DNA from: a virus
Lineage: Duplodnaviria > Heunggongvirae > Uroviricota > Caudoviricetes
Length of the DNA: 64,000 nucleotides
Reading direction: 5' to 3' (one strand)
IMG/VR virus record: IMGVR_UViG_3300033146_000394
Coordinates: 1-64,000 of that record
Position 1 is the first letter of the stretch; each line of letters opens with the position of its first letter. Under the pieces are notes generated by a model. That model saw only the letters and a list, made by a program, of their open reading frames with translations, was not told the origin of the DNA and searched no databases. Shown here one piece after another: positions 60,817 to 64,000 of this stretch. Both the position numbers and the translations under genes were made by a program.

Positions 60817-60875
60817 ATGTTTTTATAATGATTTTTTTATTATCTTTGCAAAATATTAATTTAAAAATCATAATT

Positions 60876-61136
60876 ATGAAAAAAATAGTTTTTCAAACAA
60901 ACATTGATCATTATACAAATAATCATTTTCCTCAACAACTATCAATTCCACCAAGAATTGGTGAACACGTAAGAGTAAAAGAAGAGTGGGGGCATATGTT
61001 AAAACAAAAAAAACTTCCATTAATTTTAGAAGTTGTAGATGTTATTCACGGAGAAGAAAATATAGTTTGTGAATTACACTATAAAGAAATAGATTTAAAA
61101 TTTGCTAAACAAGCAGGAAGAAGTTTATATAATTAG
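60876..61136 (+). CDS. hypothetical protein
   Basis: ATG at 60876 (MKKIVFQ...) preceded by TATCTTTGCAAAAT promoter-like motif. Confidence 0.35.
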   Translation: MKKIVFQTNIDHYTNNHFPQQLSIPPRIGEHVRVKEEWGHMLKQKKLPLILEVVDVIHGEENIVCELHYKEIDLKFAKQAGRSLYN

Positions 61137-61159
61137 TATAATCAATAACAAAAATAATC

Positions 61160-61762
61160 ATGTCAAATATTAAAGTAATAAAATTAAGAGTTTTAAATAA
61201 ATATCATATTGAAAATAATAAAAATAAGATAGTTTATATTATCAAAGAAAAAACAAAATTATCTCTTGATGAAATATATAATATTGTTAATGATATGCTA
61301 AATGGTGATGTATTTTCAACTAAAATTGAAATAAATATTGAAAAATTTAATTCTGATTTTGAATTAGAATTATTTCTTATAAATTTACATAAATTTGGGG
61401 TTACATCTACAATTACAGATAAAACACCAATTTTAGATAATAATTTATTATCTATTCATGATATTTATTCTGATATTTGTAGAATAAATAGTTTAGAAAA
61501 AAAAGGAACATTTGAAAAAATATCTAAATTCAACGAAGAATTTGGAGAATTAAATGCAGAAATTCTAAAATTATATAAATTAACATACAAACCATATAAT
61601 AGAAAGGAATTATTAGGAGAAATGGCTGATTCTATGCAAGTTTTACTATCTATTTTTGATTCCCTACACGAAAATTCGAATATTACCCTAAATGATATAT
61701 TATTGGAAATATCTGAAAAAAATAAAAAATGGGAAAATAAAATAAAAGATTATATAAAATGA
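61160..61762 (+). CDS. MazG-like nucleotide pyrophosphohydrolase domain protein
   Basis: EEFGELNAEI ... ELLGEMADSMQVLL (E.GE / E..D MazG pattern) in the C-terminal half. Confidence 0.4.
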   Translation: MSNIKVIKLRVLNKYHIENNKNKIVYIIKEKTKLSLDEIYNIVNDMLNGDVFSTKIEINIEKFNSDFELELFLINLHKFGVTSTITDKTPILDNNLLSIHDIYSDICRINSLEKKGTFEKISKFNEEFGELNAEILKLYKLTYKPYNRKELLGEMADSMQVLLSIFDSLHENSNITLNDILLEISEKNKKWENKIKDYIK

Positions 61763-62169
61763 AAAATCTGGATAAATTAAGTGATACTATTGATGATTTT
61801 TTTAAATCACAAAGAGCAGACGAATATTTTAAAGAAATAAAAAAACTAAGAAAAAATAAAAATCGTTATATTAATAAATATACAAATTTATTAAAAAAAT
61901 GTGATAATATTAATATTTTTATGGATAAAATATTTTTATGGGAACATAAATATGAAGAAAAAAAATATATGAATGGTGTTAGTGCAACATCTAATTTTTT
62001 CCAAATTATATTTAATGTGTGGGAAAGAAATGGAAAAGAAGAAGTTATAGATGAACCATTTTTAACAGAATCATATACGTGGTTAGAATATACATTTAAA
62101 ATATATGTTGGTCAAGGGGTATATTTCCGAGTTGTAAAAAATAATAAAATTATTTTTTATTCATATTAA
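61759..62169 (+). CDS. hypothetical protein
   Basis: 136-aa ORF overlapping the previous gene by 4 nt. Confidence 0.4.
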   Translation: MKNLDKLSDTIDDFFKSQRADEYFKEIKKLRKNKNRYINKYTNLLKKCDNINIFMDKIFLWEHKYEEKKYMNGVSATSNFFQIIFNVWERNGKEEVIDEPFLTESYTWLEYTFKIYVGQGVYFRVVKNNKIIFYSY

Positions 62170-62228
62170 ACAAAGTTCTAAATAATGTATATATGATAAT
62201 GATTGATAAAAAAAATAACACAAATATA

Positions 62229-64000
62229 TGAATAAGAAATTAATTTTTGAAAAAACAGAGAAATTATCAGAATTAAAAATAATATTAAAAAAGGAATTTG
62301 TAGGATTAAATGATATTATAGATGAAATTGTAGATTTAATTGAACCATGGTATTTATTCCCTGAAAACCAATTTAGACCGACAGTTATTAATATGTTTGG
62401 TATGACAGGTACTGGTAAAACATCATTAGTGTTAAGAATATTTGAATATTTAGAATTAACATCATTAATGAGATTTGATACTGGTGAGTGGGTGGAACAA
62501 AAAAGTGGCACATTATCTGATATAATTTCAGAAAATAATAGGAAAATAAATAATTTTGATGGTACAAAAAATGAAGAAGTTAATAATAAATCATCAAATA
62601 AAACTATCTTTTTATTTGATGAATTTCAATTAGGTAGAACAATAGGTAGTGGAAGAGAAAATATTGATAGACCAAATCTTAGAGTTATGTGGGATTTATT
62701 AGATTCTGGTAAATTTACAATAGTTGAAGATAATTGGCAAAAGGATAATTTACAAGCATTATATGTTAAATTAAGTTATTTAATTAATACATTAAATGTT
62801 AAAGCAAAATTTGGTAAAATAACACAAAATAAAAAAGAATGGGATTTATATTTCACAAATGATGATGATTCAGAAAATGATTGGTATTGTGAAAATCCAT
62901 TAGTACCCACTAATGAATTATATGCATTATCAGACTTATCAAAAGACTTTATATCAGATAAACAACTTGGTAAATATCTAATGACATTACAATCAGAAAA
63001 AGAGATATTATTATTTCTTGAAAAAATATTAGTGACTTCTACAACACCAACTGAATATGATTTTTCTGATTCTATTATATTTATTGTTGGTAATTTAGAT
63101 GAAGCTTATGCTTTAGCAAATGATATGGATGCTGATTTAGATGCTAATTTTTTATATGAACACACAAAAAAAATAAACATTTCTAATATAAAACAATCAT
63201 TATCATATTTATATAAACCAGAACAAATATCAAGGTTAGGTAATAATTATATTATTTATAGATCTTTTAACGAAGAAACATATAAAGAATTAATTAAAAT
63301 GGAATTAAATAAAATTAGTATAAAAGTATATGATAAATTTAATTTTAAAATAAATTATTCGGATAAAATAAAAGAATTAATATATAAAGAGGGTGTTTTT
63401 GCAACACAGGGGGTAAGACCAATATTTTCAACGGTAACTAGTTTAATTGAAACTAAACTTGGAAAAATAATTGTTGATTTAAATAAGCAAAACATAGATG
63501 CAAAAGAAATATTTTGGGATGTTGACGATAAATATGAATTTTTAAATATTAAAGTGAATGATGATATTGAATTAAAATATAAAATAACACTTAAAGTTGA
63601 AAATTTAAGAAAAAGTTTATCAAATGATATACAAGCATTAATTGGTATTCACGAAGCTGGACACGTTATATGTGATGTTTATGGATTAAATTTATGTCCA
63701 GAAATAGCAGTATCAAAAACTATTGTTGAGGGTGGTTTTACACAAACTAATTATCCAGATTATAAAACAAAAACATTTATGATGAACCAAATTGTTACGT
63801 TATTTGGTGGTCACGCTGCGGAAGAATTGGTTTTTGGTTCTGATAATATTACAAGTGGATCAGTATCAGACTTAGAAAAATCAACAAACATTGCATTGAA
63901 TATGTATAAAGATTATGGAATGGATCCAGATAATAATTTAATTCCAGCATCATATTCAGAACCAGATTTTAGAATATCAACTGATCAAATATCTGATGAG
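62229..64000 (+). CDS. FtsH-like AAA+ ATPase fused to M41 zinc metalloprotease, 3'-partial, no N-terminal TM
   Basis: Walker A GMTGTGKTS. HEAGHVI (HExxH) with downstream LFGGHAAEELVFGSDNITSGSVSDLEKST resembles FtsH LLGGRAAEE..FG..TTGA.NDLERAT. The ORF runs off the window end, so it is not in the supplied track. Confidence 0.65.

Noticed and set aside
62161-62511. Minus-strand 116-aa ORF
   Set aside because: Overlaps antisense the strongly supported FtsH-like AAA+ gene starting at 62229
1-64000. Purely eukaryotic-virus (NCLDV) interpretation of the window
   Set aside because: Several features favour a phage of a Shine-Dalgarno-less bacterium: bacterial IF3, a sigma-70-type factor, T4 gp32/gp19/e-lysozyme/gp43B homologs, rho-independent-terminator hairpins with T-runs, and Bacteroidetes-type -7 promoter motifs. 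It is not fully excluded

Overview
The window is extremely AT-rich (roughly 20-25% GC by eye) and densely coded on both strands, with about 80 tightly packed and often overlapping genes and no Shine-Dalgarno sequences upstream of start codons.

The gene content is a mosaic.

(1) A clear T4-like myophage core is present: a gp32-like Zn-binding SSB with an acidic tail, the C-terminal (motif B + YGDTDS) half of a family-B DNA polymerase as a stand-alone gene, a T4 e-type GH24 lysozyme, a gp19-like tail-tube protein, thymidine kinase, a PNK-like kinase, a MazG-like protein, a beta-class DNA amino-methyltransferase, a sigma-70/gp55-like sigma factor and a bacterial-type translation initiation factor IF-3.

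(2) Alongside these sits a full-length fused type IIA topoisomerase whose sequence is strikingly eukaryote/NCLDV-like. Also present are a BspA-type LRR protein, an ankyrin-repeat protein, patatin, an SPFH/band-7 protein, a hemerythrin, an XPD/Rad3-like Fe-S helicase, and a glycosyltransferase/sulfotransferase cluster. A 1380-aa beta-helical fibre protein is also encoded. A soluble AAA+/M41 FtsH-like protease is cut by the window end.

Transcription signals look bacterial. Intrinsic-terminator hairpins flanked by A- and T-runs sit between convergent genes. A recurrent TAnnTTTGCA motif lies about 20-30 nt upstream of at least 8 start codons, which matches the Bacteroidetes-type -7 promoter consensus.

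The most unusual observations are these. (a) Nine unrelated proteins end with the same C-terminal tetrapeptide [D/E]FNI-stop, encoded by a conserved GAWTTTAATATTTAA gene-end motif. (b) An approximately 0.9-kb ORF-free, GC-elevated segment at 42.4-43.3 kb is bracketed by two terminator hairpins; it is a candidate large structured ncRNA. (c) The DNA polymerase is split, and the N-terminal half is absent from the neighbourhood. (d) A duplicated two-gene module (acidic protein plus small GLDSD protein) flanks the MoxR-AAA+/VWA-metallopeptidase pair. (e) A tandem-domain gene is broken at a G5 homopolymer. (f) The LRR gene has a roughly 95-codon open 5' extension with no start codon.

My best reading is a jumbo T4-like phage (or phage-like element) of a low-GC, Shine-Dalgarno-less host (Bacteroidetes-like) that has acquired eukaryote-like genes. 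An AT-rich NCLDV carrying phage genes cannot be fully excluded from sequence alone.
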